64,000 nucleotides of DNA, from positions 352,001-416,000 of the forward strand of contig CAWCDG010000003.1 in NCBI GenBank assembly GCA_963794325.1. Direction: 5' to 3'. Made by a program: the position numbers and the translations under genes. Below the pieces are notes generated by a model, which did no database searches, was not told where the DNA came from, and was given only the letters and a program-made list of their open reading frames with translations. Shown here one piece after another: positions 54,108 through 63,244 of this stretch. Positions within the stretch are counted from its first letter, which is position 1, and the number at the start of each line of letters is the position of its first letter. Origin of the DNA: an uncultured delta proteobacterium (GTDB taxonomy: Bacteria; Desulfobacterota; Binatia; Binatales; Binataceae).

Positions 54108-56279
54108 GTGGCTGACTCTATCATTGCATCAATAGTTTCGTCGGCTCGTTCGAGCGGGCGGTCGGTTCTCACGGAAGTCGAGAGCAAGCGGATTTTGCAT
54201 TCGCTCGGGCTGCCGGTCCTCGTGCCGGAAGTTGCTGCGACGGCTGACGACGCAGTGCTGGCGGCGTCGCGGATCGGATTTCCGGTGGTGCTGAAAGTGC
54301 TGTCCCCCAAGGTGAGTCACAAGACCGACGTCGGCGGAGTCGAACTGAATCTCGCTGACGACGCCGCGGTGCGCGAGGCTTTCGAGCGGATTCGCCGGAA
54401 TCTCGCTGCCAAAGCCCGCGACGCGCACTTCGAAGGCGTCGCGGTACAGCCGATGGCGAAGCAGGGCGTCGAGCTGATCGCCGGGACGTTTCGCGACGAT
54501 CGATTCGGGGCGATGGTGATGGTCGGGCTCGGCGGGGTGTTGGTCGAAGTGGTGAAGGATACGGCGCTGGCGCTGGCTCCGATTAGCGGGCGAGAGGCAT
54601 CGGCGATGCTCGCGAGGCTGCGCGGCGCGCAGATTCTCCGCGGCGTCCGCGGTCAGTCGGGCGTCGATCAAGATGCGATCGTGTCGCTCCTCGAAACCAT
54701 TTCCGGGATCGCATGGACCCATCCCGAGATCGCCGAGATGGATCTCAACCCGGTCGTCGCATATGGAGACGGCCTCGCAATCCTGGACGCGCGAATCGTG
54801 CTCGCAGGCGTCACCTCGGCAACTCCGCAGCCCGATCCGCATCGAGCGGCGCGGCTCAAAAATCTCGAGCGCGCGTTCAACCCGCGCGCCGTTGTCGTGA
54901 TCGGCGACAAGCGGATGGGCGGGTACATGTGGCTGCGCGCGATGGCGCATCTCAAGGGCAAGCTTTATTCGGTGCAGATCGATCCGAATGAAATACCGGG
55001 AATCGAGGCGATGGGCGTCGAGAATCGCAAGAGTCTCGCCGAGATCACCGAGCCCATCGATTATGCGGTCAGCGCCGTTCCGCGCCAGATCGCGCCGCGA
55101 ATTTTGAAAGATTGCGTCGCTAATCACGTCGGTTCGATCGGGTTTTTCACGTCGGGATTTTCGGAGACGTCGGAAGAGCTGGGAATTCGCCTCGAAGGCG
55201 AGCTGCGCGACATCGCGATCAACTCGGAAATCGCGCTGGTCGGACCGAATTGCATGGGGCTGTACAGCCCGGGCGCCGGTCTGCGCAATTTTCCCGAAGA
55301 AAAAATCGGTGACGCCGGCGACGTCTGTTTCATCTCACAAAGTGGCACGCACACGATCAATTTTTGTCTCCAGGCCCCGAGCCACGGCATCCAGGTGAAT
55401 AAGGCGGCTTCGATCGGCAACGTCCTCGTGCTAGAGGCGGCGGATTACATCGACCTGATGGCGGCCGACCCCGCAACGCGTGTGATCGGAATGTATATCG
55501 AAGGGGTACGCGACGGGCGGCGCTTCTTCGACAGCGTCCGGCACGCAGCCGAGCGGCATCCGGTGGTGATCTGGAAGGGCGGCGTTACCGAGGCCGGCGC
55601 GCGCGCGACGTTCTCGCACACCGGCTCGCTCGCGACGCCGGAGGCGACCTGGCGCACCGTCGTACGGCAGAGTGGGGCGGTCGAAGTCGCCAGCCTCGAC
55701 GCGATGCTCGATGCGGTCGAGCTGTTCGCGCGGGCCAAGCGCCTCGCGGGCCGCAGGATGGGGCTGGTCGCGATGACCGGAGGGCAATCCGTGGTAATCA
55801 CCGACACGTTCGCGACCGCCGGCCTGGAGATTCCCGCGCTGTCGGACTCCTCGTACGATGAACTGAAATCATTCTTCAACGTGATCGGCGGCAGCTATCG
55901 CAATCCGCTCGACGCCGGCGGCACCATCGGCGCCGGTCATCATCAGGGCAATCTTGATCGTATCCTCGAGATTCTCGAACGCGATTCGGTTATCGACGCA
56001 ATCGTGCTCGAAGTCGGCACGGGACTTCGCGCCGCGCGATGGGCCGCGCATGAGGATGAAATCACCGGCCTGCTCGATAAGCTCGCGGACTTTGGCAACC
56101 GCTCGACCAAGCCTTTCGCAATCGTGATGCATCCGGCGCATGTCGAGGCGATCGTCGCACGCGGCAAGGAGCTGGCGCGTGCGCGCGGCCTGGTGGTGTT
56201 CGACAGTTTCGAGCGCGCCGCGGCCGCATTCCGCACGGTGTCGGACTACTGGGCAAATCGCGCGCGGCAGGGCAGTTAG
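54108..56279 (+). CDS. ADP-forming acyl-CoA synthetase, beta-alpha domain order
   Basis: N-terminal ATP-grasp (GFPVVLK...SHKTDVGGV, DLNP); then GPNCMG, SQSG, SHTGSLA, NPLD; GTG start. Confidence 0.9.
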   Translation: MADSIIASIVSSARSSGRSVLTEVESKRILHSLGLPVLVPEVAATADDAVLAASRIGFPVVLKVLSPKVSHKTDVGGVELNLADDAAVREAFERIRRNLAAKARDAHFEGVAVQPMAKQGVELIAGTFRDDRFGAMVMVGLGGVLVEVVKDTALALAPISGREASAMLARLRGAQILRGVRGQSGVDQDAIVSLLETISGIAWTHPEIAEMDLNPVVAYGDGLAILDARIVLAGVTSATPQPDPHRAARLKNLERAFNPRAVVVIGDKRMGGYMWLRAMAHLKGKLYSVQIDPNEIPGIEAMGVENRKSLAEITEPIDYAVSAVPRQIAPRILKDCVANHVGSIGFFTSGFSETSEELGIRLEGELRDIAINSEIALVGPNCMGLYSPGAGLRNFPEEKIGDAGDVCFISQSGTHTINFCLQAPSHGIQVNKAASIGNVLVLEAADYIDLMAADPATRVIGMYIEGVRDGRRFFDSVRHAAERHPVVIWKGGVTEAGARATFSHTGSLATPEATWRTVVRQSGAVEVASLDAMLDAVELFARAKRLAGRRMGLVAMTGGQSVVITDTFATAGLEIPALSDSSYDELKSFFNVIGGSYRNPLDAGGTIGAGHHQGNLDRILEILERDSVIDAIVLEVGTGLRAARWAAHEDEITGLLDKLADFGNRSTKPFAIVMHPAHVEAIVARGKELARARGLVVFDSFERAAAAFRTVSDYWANRARQGS

Positions 56280-56306
56280 ACTCGCGGAGAGCCAGAGGTG
56301 CTGAAT

Positions 56307-57485
56307 ATGGACCGGCTCGTATCTGAACGCGCACGACCTTACTTCGAGAAGGTGGGAAAGCTCGCGCCGATAATCCGCGAACATGCCGACCGCGCCGAGC
56401 GCGATGCGCAGATGCCGCGTGAGGTAATCGATGCGTTCCATGAAGCCGGGCTGTTTCGGATTCTCCTGCCGCGCCAAATGGGCGGCGGCGAACTGACGAT
56501 TCCCGATTCGCTGCGGCTGTGCGAGGAAGTTTCGTGCATCGACGCGTCGGCGGGTTGGAATCTCGCAATTTGTTCGGGCAGTCCGCTGTTTGGACACAAT
56601 CTTTCTCGCGCGGCATTCGAAAAGGTTTACGGCGATCCGCGCGGAATGAGCGCTGGTTCGCTGAATCCCGCGACTACCCGGGTTGTTGCAGTTGACGGCG
56701 GATGGCGTTTCAGCGGCAAAGCGACTTACGCCAGCGCCTCGGCTCACGCGACCCATTTGATGGCGGCGGGGATGGTGCTGCGCGACGGTGCGCCGCAAAT
56801 CATCAACGGCTTCCCCGTGATGCGAGCGGGGCTGTTCCCAATCAAACAAGCCGAGATCCTCAATACCTGGGCGACCTCCGGGATGCGCGGCACTGGCAGT
56901 AACGATTGCGTCTTCGAGAACGTCTTTGTCCCCGATGAATTCACCTTCGACTGGCTGAACGCGAAAACGCCATGGCAGCGTGGCCCATTCGCGAACATTC
57001 CGTTGCAGCTGCAATTTGTCGGCGGCCTGGTCTCGGTGGTGCTCGGCACCGCTCGCCACGCCCTCGACTCGCTTAACGAAATCGCGCAGGTCAAAGTGCC
57101 GGCGGCGACTCGGGCAACGTTGCGCGAGCGACCCCTCGCACAGATCCAGTTCGCGCAGGCGGAAGGCCTTCTGCACGCAGCGCGCGCCTACTTCTACAGT
57201 TGCAATGATGAAATTTGGCGCAAGGGCGAGGCCGGCGAGAGGTTTAGCATCGAGGACCGGGCGCACGCGCGGCTCGCGGTGGTCACTGCTGCGAAGCTGG
57301 CGGTGAATGCGGTCGATTTGGTCGCGGACGCTGCCGGCATGAACTCGGCGCAGACATCGTGTCCAATCGAGCGATGCTGGCGCGACATCCATACCGCGAC
57401 GCAACACGTCCTGATGAACACGTCCCGCTTCGAGGTAGTAGGCCGCGTCCTGTTCGGCCTGGATCCGGGCTCGCCGGTAATCTGA
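56307..57485 (+). CDS. Acyl-CoA-dehydrogenase-fold flavin-dependent monooxygenase (HsaA/HpaB-like)
   Basis: AGLFRILLP..MGG.E, W.FSGK..YAS, GMRGTGSND, ERCWRDIH.ATQH. Confidence 0.88.
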   Translation: MDRLVSERARPYFEKVGKLAPIIREHADRAERDAQMPREVIDAFHEAGLFRILLPRQMGGGELTIPDSLRLCEEVSCIDASAGWNLAICSGSPLFGHNLSRAAFEKVYGDPRGMSAGSLNPATTRVVAVDGGWRFSGKATYASASAHATHLMAAGMVLRDGAPQIINGFPVMRAGLFPIKQAEILNTWATSGMRGTGSNDCVFENVFVPDEFTFDWLNAKTPWQRGPFANIPLQLQFVGGLVSVVLGTARHALDSLNEIAQVKVPAATRATLRERPLAQIQFAQAEGLLHAARAYFYSCNDEIWRKGEAGERFSIEDRAHARLAVVTAAKLAVNAVDLVADAAGMNSAQTSCPIERCWRDIHTATQHVLMNTSRFEVVGRVLFGLDPGSPVI

Positions 57486-57497
57486 AAAAGCATCTGG

Positions 57498-57523
57498 TGT
57501 ACAAAAGTAGCGGGATGTACAAT
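57498..57523 (+). promoter_or_regulatory. Toxin-antitoxin promoter/operator with two TGTACA palindromes
   Basis: TGTACA at 57498-57503 and 57516-57521; the second overlaps a TACAAT -10. Confidence 0.6.
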
Positions 57524-57556
57524 TGAGTCAAGTTTAAATCTCTGAGTTCACAAATT

Positions 57557-57838
57557 ATGCGCACGACCAAAAAATCCACTGATGCTGCGGTCACTACAGC
57601 CGCCGCACGCAAGAACTTTTCTGATTTGATCAACCGCGTTGCCTACGGGAAAGACCGCGTCGTTCTGACGCGCCGCAACAAGCCATTAGCCGCAGTAGTA
57701 CCGATCGAAGATATCGCGCTGATCGAAGAAATCGAGGACCGGGAAGATCTAAAGGCAGCGCGCGCCGCGCTTCGCGAAGCGAAACGTAAGGGCACGATCC
57801 CGTGGGCGCGCATCAAGAAGGAGCTGAACCTCCCCTGA
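57557..57838 (+). CDS. Phd/YefM-family antitoxin
   Basis: ARKNFSDLINRV...RVVLTRRNKPLAAVVP; acidic C-terminal half. Confidence 0.92.
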   Translation: MRTTKKSTDAAVTTAAARKNFSDLINRVAYGKDRVVLTRRNKPLAAVVPIEDIALIEEIEDREDLKAARAALREAKRKGTIPWARIKKELNLP

Positions 57839-57845
57839 CCTCGCG

Positions 57846-58103
57846 ATGGCGTACGCGATCGAGTTCGTACCAAGCGCGAAGCGCGAGTTAAAAAAGCTTC
57901 CACGAGAAGTTCAGCTCAAGCTAAATCAACGTATCGATTCGCTTTCGATCGAGCCCCGTCCGCGCGGCTCCAAGAAGCTGAAAGGGGCGACTGAACTGTC
58001 GCGAATCCGCGTTGGCGACTACCGAGTCGTCTACGAAGTACGGGACAAGCTTCTCGTCGTCTTAGTGGTTCGCGTCGCGCACCGTCGCGAGGTCTATCGT
58101 TGA
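57846..58103 (+). CDS. relE: RelE-family toxin
   Basis: AKRELKKLP...PRPRGSKKLKG...RIRVGDYRVVY...HRREVYR. Confidence 0.93.
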   Translation: MAYAIEFVPSAKRELKKLPREVQLKLNQRIDSLSIEPRPRGSKKLKGATELSRIRVGDYRVVYEVRDKLLVVLVVRVAHRREVYR

Positions 58104-58106
58104 TGC

Positions 58107-59501
58107 TTACCGCGGTGGTTCGAGCACCGTCATCACTGTGCCCGTTGTCGCATCGCCATCCAGGAACGCAAGCCATCGTCCTCTAAGCGACCAGCTCATC
58201 GTGACCGTGCCCTGCGCCGGACCTTCGGCCAATAGAAACGCGCTGTCGTAATGCAGCGAGTACGTGACGATTTTTCGCCACGGCACCGGTTTGCTCGGCG
58301 CATAGATCTGCATCGCTGCTTCGTCCGCGCCCTTCGAATAGGCCATCGTGCTCTCCGCGAGCATCTCCGGCCATGTCTCGAAGCCCAACGATTTCACATC
58401 AACCTGCCCCTGCTCGGACTGCGCTACTGCGACTTGCGCGGGGATCGGCATCGCGGGCCGCTCGATTGCCCGCGCGAACGTGAGATTCTTGTTGCCCAGC
58501 GTGACGGTGTCGCTGCCCGCGGCGAACGAAGCCGCGCCCGTCGATACGCCCATCAGATGCTCGGCGCCGGTCGCAATGTTGTATTTGAATACGCCGATCG
58601 TGTGCTGCGTCGGATCGGGACCGACGTAAATAAACGAGCCTTCGTCGTCCTTGTCCCAATCGAGTACGTGGATCGGCTGGCGCACATGAAACCTGGTGCA
58701 GGTCGAGGCGCGCCGATCGATTATCACCGGCGGTGCGCCTGCGTCGCCCTGGCCGACCGCATAGACACCGTGCGCGCTCCAACTGAGCGGAGACATCGGG
58801 CACGACAACTTCAGTGGCGCGACAGAGCCGGCGCCGGTGATGACGATCAACTGCAAGCCGTTCGAAGGTGTTGGCGGCGGTTGAACGTCGGGCTCATCGG
58901 GATTGGCTTTCGGCATCTCCTCGCCAGATCCCGATTCTTCCGGCGGCTTGGGATGCTGCCGCAGCGCGAGCGCGATCGTGGCGTCATTCAGCCAGCTCAT
59001 CGAGATCGAGTCGAACTTGCCGTTGAAGCTGGCGATCGGGTTGCCCGGACCGGTGGCGATGAGGTCGCGAACGATCACATCGACTCGATCGCCGCCCGTT
59101 GCGACCATCGCCGTCGCCAGCGTCAGTCCGTTGGGGCTGACCCCGACGTCCGCGATCGTTCCATTCTCAGCGGCAGCCGGTCCGGTCTCCGCCGCGAGGA
59201 TTCGTCCGGTTCGCCACGCGGCGCCACCCAGGCCGTACATGACGGTGTGTCCGTCCTGCGTCCCGACCACGCCAATCTCCTCGCCGTTCTGCATCCAGAT
59301 CGGCGGACGCGACGGAATCGGCGCGAACCCTTGCGGCATCGCGACGTTGGTCAGCACCTTGATACCATTGGTCACCGCCAGCGTTGTGGATCGTGCAACA
59401 AATGGCGGCGGGCTGGGCTTGAGCGCGTCGCTACCACTCGAGCACGAGGTGACGCTCACGACAGTCAGAGCGAGAATCAGGATGAAGACAGACCTGGGCA
59501 T
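58107..59501 (-). CDS. Hypothetical lipoprotein, probable beta-propeller
   Basis: Lipobox VTSC; repeated SPNG / SW / WS.RGRWLAF TolB-like strands. Confidence 0.72.
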   Translation of the reverse strand: MPRSVFILILALTVVSVTSCSSGSDALKPSPPPFVARSTTLAVTNGIKVLTNVAMPQGFAPIPSRPPIWMQNGEEIGVVGTQDGHTVMYGLGGAAWRTGRILAAETGPAAAENGTIADVGVSPNGLTLATAMVATGGDRVDVIVRDLIATGPGNPIASFNGKFDSISMSWLNDATIALALRQHPKPPEESGSGEEMPKANPDEPDVQPPPTPSNGLQLIVITGAGSVAPLKLSCPMSPLSWSAHGVYAVGQGDAGAPPVIIDRRASTCTRFHVRQPIHVLDWDKDDEGSFIYVGPDPTQHTIGVFKYNIATGAEHLMGVSTGAASFAAGSDTVTLGNKNLTFARAIERPAMPIPAQVAVAQSEQGQVDVKSLGFETWPEMLAESTMAYSKGADEAAMQIYAPSKPVPWRKIVTYSLHYDSAFLLAEGPAQGTVTMSWSLRGRWLAFLDGDATTGTVMTVLEPPR

Positions 59502-59553
59502 CAGAAAGCGGTAGTGTATTTAGGACGTTCGAAAAAGGCGACCCATTCAAAGA

Positions 59554-61377
59554 ATGAAGAATCCGTTTAGTGATCGATTGTGGATAAGTCGCGAGGTCCG
59601 CCTCGCCATCATTGTCGCGATTTTGTGTGCCGTCGGCGCGGTTGCATGCACGTCGCGCCATTGGACAATCGGAATCACAGTCCTTGGAATCGCCGCTGCG
59701 ATGGTAGCGGCCTTCTATTTTGCGGTCGTCAAACCGGCGCGAATTCCGAGTGACAGTGTCCTGATGGTTCGCCTCGCAGGCACGATCGAAGAAGACGTGA
59801 AAAACTCGCCCCTCGATCAGCTCATGCGTCGCGGCGGAATCAGCCTCGACCATCTCCGCTATGCGTTCGAGTCGGCGGCTATCGACAACGATGTTCGAGC
59901 GATCGTCGTCGAGATCGCCAGCTTCGGCGCCGGTCTGGCCACCGCGCACGAAATCCATCGCCTGATGCGCGCCGCTCAACAGGGCGGCAAGCGTGTGATC
60001 GCGCTGCTTCGCGGTGATGACGCAGGATTGCGCGAATACCTGGTCGCGGCCGGAGCCGGTGAAATAGTTGCCAATCCGGACACGATGCTCACGATGCTCG
60101 GGGTCGCGACCGGCGGTGTGTTCCTCAAGAACGCGCTCGACAAGCTGAAAATCCAGGCGCAAACCCTGCAATGGAAGGAATACAAGGGCGCCGCCGAGAT
60201 GCTCGGCCGCGACACGATGTCGCCGGCGGTGCGCGAGAGCATGGAGGCGATCGTCGCGGACTGGCAGAAAATCCTGGTCGAGGCGATCGCATCGGCTCGC
60301 CAACTGTCTCCTGACAAAGTGCGCGACCTGCTCTCGGCGGGCTTCGTCAGCACAAAATTCGCGGTGGAGAATAAGCTGATCGATCGCGAAGGCTATATTG
60401 AAGACATCCGCTCCGAGTTCGATCCCGAGGCCAAGCACAAAGTATTCGTCAACCTGGCACGATACCGCCGTCACGCGATCTTCACCCGCGAGCGCGGGCC
60501 GCGCCCGCGAATCGCGCTGGTGCACGCCAGCGGCCCGGTGATTTCGGGCGAAGCGCCCGCAACCGGCGAATATATAAGCGGCGTCGCAACCGCCGCGCAG
60601 CTCGATCGCGCGTCGCGCGACGAGCGCGTCAAAGCAATCGTGTTTCGCGTGAATTCACCGGGCGGCTCCGCAGTCGGCTCCGACCTGGTCTGGCGCGCCG
60701 TGCGCGAGGCGCAGGGCCGCGGTAAGCCGGTCGTCGTCTCGATGGGCGACGTCGCGGGCTCGGGAGGCTACTACGTCGCAGCGGGCGCCGACGCGATCGT
60801 CGCAGAGGCGGCGACGATCACGGGCTCGATCGGCGTCGTCTACGCGAAGTTCAATCTCGGCAGTCTGCTCACAGAGCTGGGCGTCCATTTCGATTTCGTC
60901 AAAAGCGCGCCGATCAGCGACGCGATGTCGATGGCGCGCGCGATGACCGACGCCGAACTCGCACAGCTCAACGAAACCGTCGGCCATCTGTATTCGGCGT
61001 TCACTGCGAAGGTCGCGGAAGGCCGTCACCTCACCCCCGAGCAGGCGGAAGCCGTCGCGAAGGGACGCATTTGGAGCGGTCTCGCAGCCAAGGAGCGCGG
61101 ACTGATCGACGAAGTCGGCGGCCTCTCAACCGCAGTGGCAATCGCGCGAGACCGAGCGCATATCGCCGCGGATAAGCGCCATCAACTGGTGACCTACCGC
61201 GGTGAGCGCCGATGGCTGGATTTTCGCGGCAGCAGCGCCGACGCGGAATTATCAACGTCGTGGACAATCCGCGCAGCCGCCAGCACTCTTGGCATCCCAA
61301 CCCGCTGGGCGCCCGCGATGCTCGAGCTGCTAATCCGCGGCGGCGTGATGCTCCTGTGCCCGTTCATCGAGCTGTAG
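59554..61377 (+). CDS. sppA: Signal peptide peptidase SppA (long form)
   Basis: YKGAAE catalytic Lys, RVNSPGGS, SMGDVAGSGGYY, TGSIGV, GRIWSG. Confidence 0.95.
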   Translation: MKNPFSDRLWISREVRLAIIVAILCAVGAVACTSRHWTIGITVLGIAAAMVAAFYFAVVKPARIPSDSVLMVRLAGTIEEDVKNSPLDQLMRRGGISLDHLRYAFESAAIDNDVRAIVVEIASFGAGLATAHEIHRLMRAAQQGGKRVIALLRGDDAGLREYLVAAGAGEIVANPDTMLTMLGVATGGVFLKNALDKLKIQAQTLQWKEYKGAAEMLGRDTMSPAVRESMEAIVADWQKILVEAIASARQLSPDKVRDLLSAGFVSTKFAVENKLIDREGYIEDIRSEFDPEAKHKVFVNLARYRRHAIFTRERGPRPRIALVHASGPVISGEAPATGEYISGVATAAQLDRASRDERVKAIVFRVNSPGGSAVGSDLVWRAVREAQGRGKPVVVSMGDVAGSGGYYVAAGADAIVAEAATITGSIGVVYAKFNLGSLLTELGVHFDFVKSAPISDAMSMARAMTDAELAQLNETVGHLYSAFTAKVAEGRHLTPEQAEAVAKGRIWSGLAAKERGLIDEVGGLSTAVAIARDRAHIAADKRHQLVTYRGERRWLDFRGSSADAELSTSWTIRAAASTLGIPTRWAPAMLELLIRGGVMLLCPFIEL

Positions 61378-61385
61378 CGCCTTCG

Positions 61386-62309
61386 CTACAGCGGGGAGCG
61401 TTGGAGTTCTTCGCGGATCGAGTACATCTTCTGCCGCGCTTCGCTGATGTACGCGTCGAGGTTGCGGCGATGGTTCGCGAACAGGCCGTCGGGCGATCCG
61501 TTCATCACGATTAGCGGCTTCATCACCGCCGCTTTGCCCAGCGCGTCGATCGAATCGTCGAACAAGGTCTTCAGCACCGGGTCGTCCTTGATCTGTCCCG
61601 CGTACTCGCGCTCGAGCGCCTCCATCATGTGATACATCACGTACGCGTAGCCCTGCGAATGATAAAAGTAGTGATCGCAGTCCCAGCTATGGACCGGGCT
61701 GCCGTCGTCCTTGGTCGAACGGTAGAGGTTCGCATGCGCGTCGCCGAGCAGGTCGGTCCACGTCTGGATCAGCCGAATCAGCTCGACCGCGCGCGTATTC
61801 AGCTCGCGCGAGTCCGGCGGCGTCGTGTGCAAGCCCGCGACGTATGCGCGCAGATGCCGGACGCCGTCGTCGTATTTGCTTTCGGCCGACGGCAGGATCC
61901 ATTTCTCGGCGTCGTTGCGGAAATCAGTGTCGGCAACCACCAGGTTTGGATCGTACTGATTCGACGAAACCTTGGTCAGGTGATCCTTGAAGATGCGCGT
62001 CGTCTCGCGCACCGCCATGATGATGCCGAGCTGGCGATCGGAGTTATTGTCCGCCGTGACCTTTGGCCCCCACAGGAAGAAGTCGTTCGGCCGCCATCCG
62101 AATCCGGTGTGCAGCTCATGGTCCATGATCGCCGCGAGCGTCGACGCATAGATCTCGCCGGGGACAATCGGCTTGTCAGGCGGAAAAGTCGCGTTGATGT
62201 CGTAGCCGAGTTGATCGTGATGCTTCTGCCCGAAATGAAGCGCGAGGTTTCCGCCAATCCAGATCAGAAGGAGGGCCGCAGCCCCATACAGGAGTCGGTT
62301 CCGGTTCAT
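61386..62309 (-). CDS. DUF2333-like protein
   Basis: N-terminal TM; GW.PND, DN...QLG, W.LPSAES.Y, D..FY..QG, P.IVMNG...LFANH pattern recalled for DUF2333. Confidence 0.7.
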   Translation of the reverse strand: MNRNRLLYGAAALLLIWIGGNLALHFGQKHHDQLGYDINATFPPDKPIVPGEIYASTLAAIMDHELHTGFGWRPNDFFLWGPKVTADNNSDRQLGIIMAVRETTRIFKDHLTKVSSNQYDPNLVVADTDFRNDAEKWILPSAESKYDDGVRHLRAYVAGLHTTPPDSRELNTRAVELIRLIQTWTDLLGDAHANLYRSTKDDGSPVHSWDCDHYFYHSQGYAYVMYHMMEALEREYAGQIKDDPVLKTLFDDSIDALGKAAVMKPLIVMNGSPDGLFANHRRNLDAYISEARQKMYSIREELQRSPL

Positions 62310-62335
62310 CGCCGGACGGAACTATAACACGATCC

Positions 62336-63130
62336 CTACGACACCGCGCGCAGTGGAACTACTGCGGCGCTCGCGCTCTTGAGCTCGTCGCGGCTGGTGC
62401 CCAACTGCTTGATCAATGGAAACACGGCGCGGGTCAGGAATACTCTAGGACTGATTCCGCCGCCGCCGATTCGAAGGTTCTCGTGATACTTCGGAATCAG
62501 GCCGTCGCCGGGCATCTTGAACTTCGCGATCACATGCGCGAGATCCGACAAGGTGCCGACGCGGTCTTCTGCCATCTCGATTTCGACCATCGAGCGGTAG
62601 AAGCCGGCGTGCGCGGCCTCGTCACGGCTCACGAGAAAAAAGATCGCTTCGAGCGTCGGGTCGTGCTCGGCTTCGGCGCGATCCTTTTGCGCGCGATACG
62701 CCAGATACGTCGCCGATTCCTGCAGCGCCCCGTAACAGCTCATCTGGCGGCGCGTCGCGAACGGCGCATCCCACTTCCGCGAGAACACGTCCGCCTCCAG
62801 CTTGTCGAATTGCGCCTGCGTGCGCAGCCCGGAACGAATCAGGTACTCGCGAAACACCAGCCCGTGACGCGATTCCTCGTAGCTCCACGCGTTCTGAAAC
62901 CACGCGAGTCCGAACACCCCGCGCAACAACTCGTTGCCCGCTTGCGTGTAATCGGGCAGGAACATTTCCTCGGCGCAGTAGGTCTCGATACGAATCGCGC
63001 GCTCTTCGGAGTTCATCTCGGGAGCTAGCTGGTCCCACGGCACATCGTCGAAAAGATTCCAGCGGCGCTTGCGCTCCGCAGTCTCGAAGAATTCCATGTA
63101 TGCGCGGTAGAACTTTTCTTTCGCAGTCAT
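62336..63130 (-). CDS. Soluble acyl-ACP desaturase-like di-iron protein
   Basis: E..LPDY, WSYEESRHG, LQESAT, RDEAAH..FY, FKMPG. Confidence 0.88.
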   Translation of the reverse strand: MTAKEKFYRAYMEFFETAERKRRWNLFDDVPWDQLAPEMNSEERAIRIETYCAEEMFLPDYTQAGNELLRGVFGLAWFQNAWSYEESRHGLVFREYLIRSGLRTQAQFDKLEADVFSRKWDAPFATRRQMSCYGALQESATYLAYRAQKDRAEAEHDPTLEAIFFLVSRDEAAHAGFYRSMVEIEMAEDRVGTLSDLAHVIAKFKMPGDGLIPKYHENLRIGGGGISPRVFLTRAVFPLIKQLGTSRDELKSASAAVVPLRAVS

Positions 63131-63244
63131 CTAGCGGGGATTCAGACTCGATCGCGGACGAGGCTATGCGATCACGCTAGCACGCGGTCAATTAACAACC
63201 TAACTAGGATTGTGCCTTTTGGGACAAATGTCTGAAAAATCGGA

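Noticed and set aside
686-63038. Many long antisense or alternate-frame ORFs (e.g. 686-1630, 16692-18398, 30412-32109, 42180-43691, 47553-49058, 55869-57407)
   Set aside because: They shadow well-supported genes, have no recognisable motifs, and are expected from stop-codon scarcity in GC-rich DNA.
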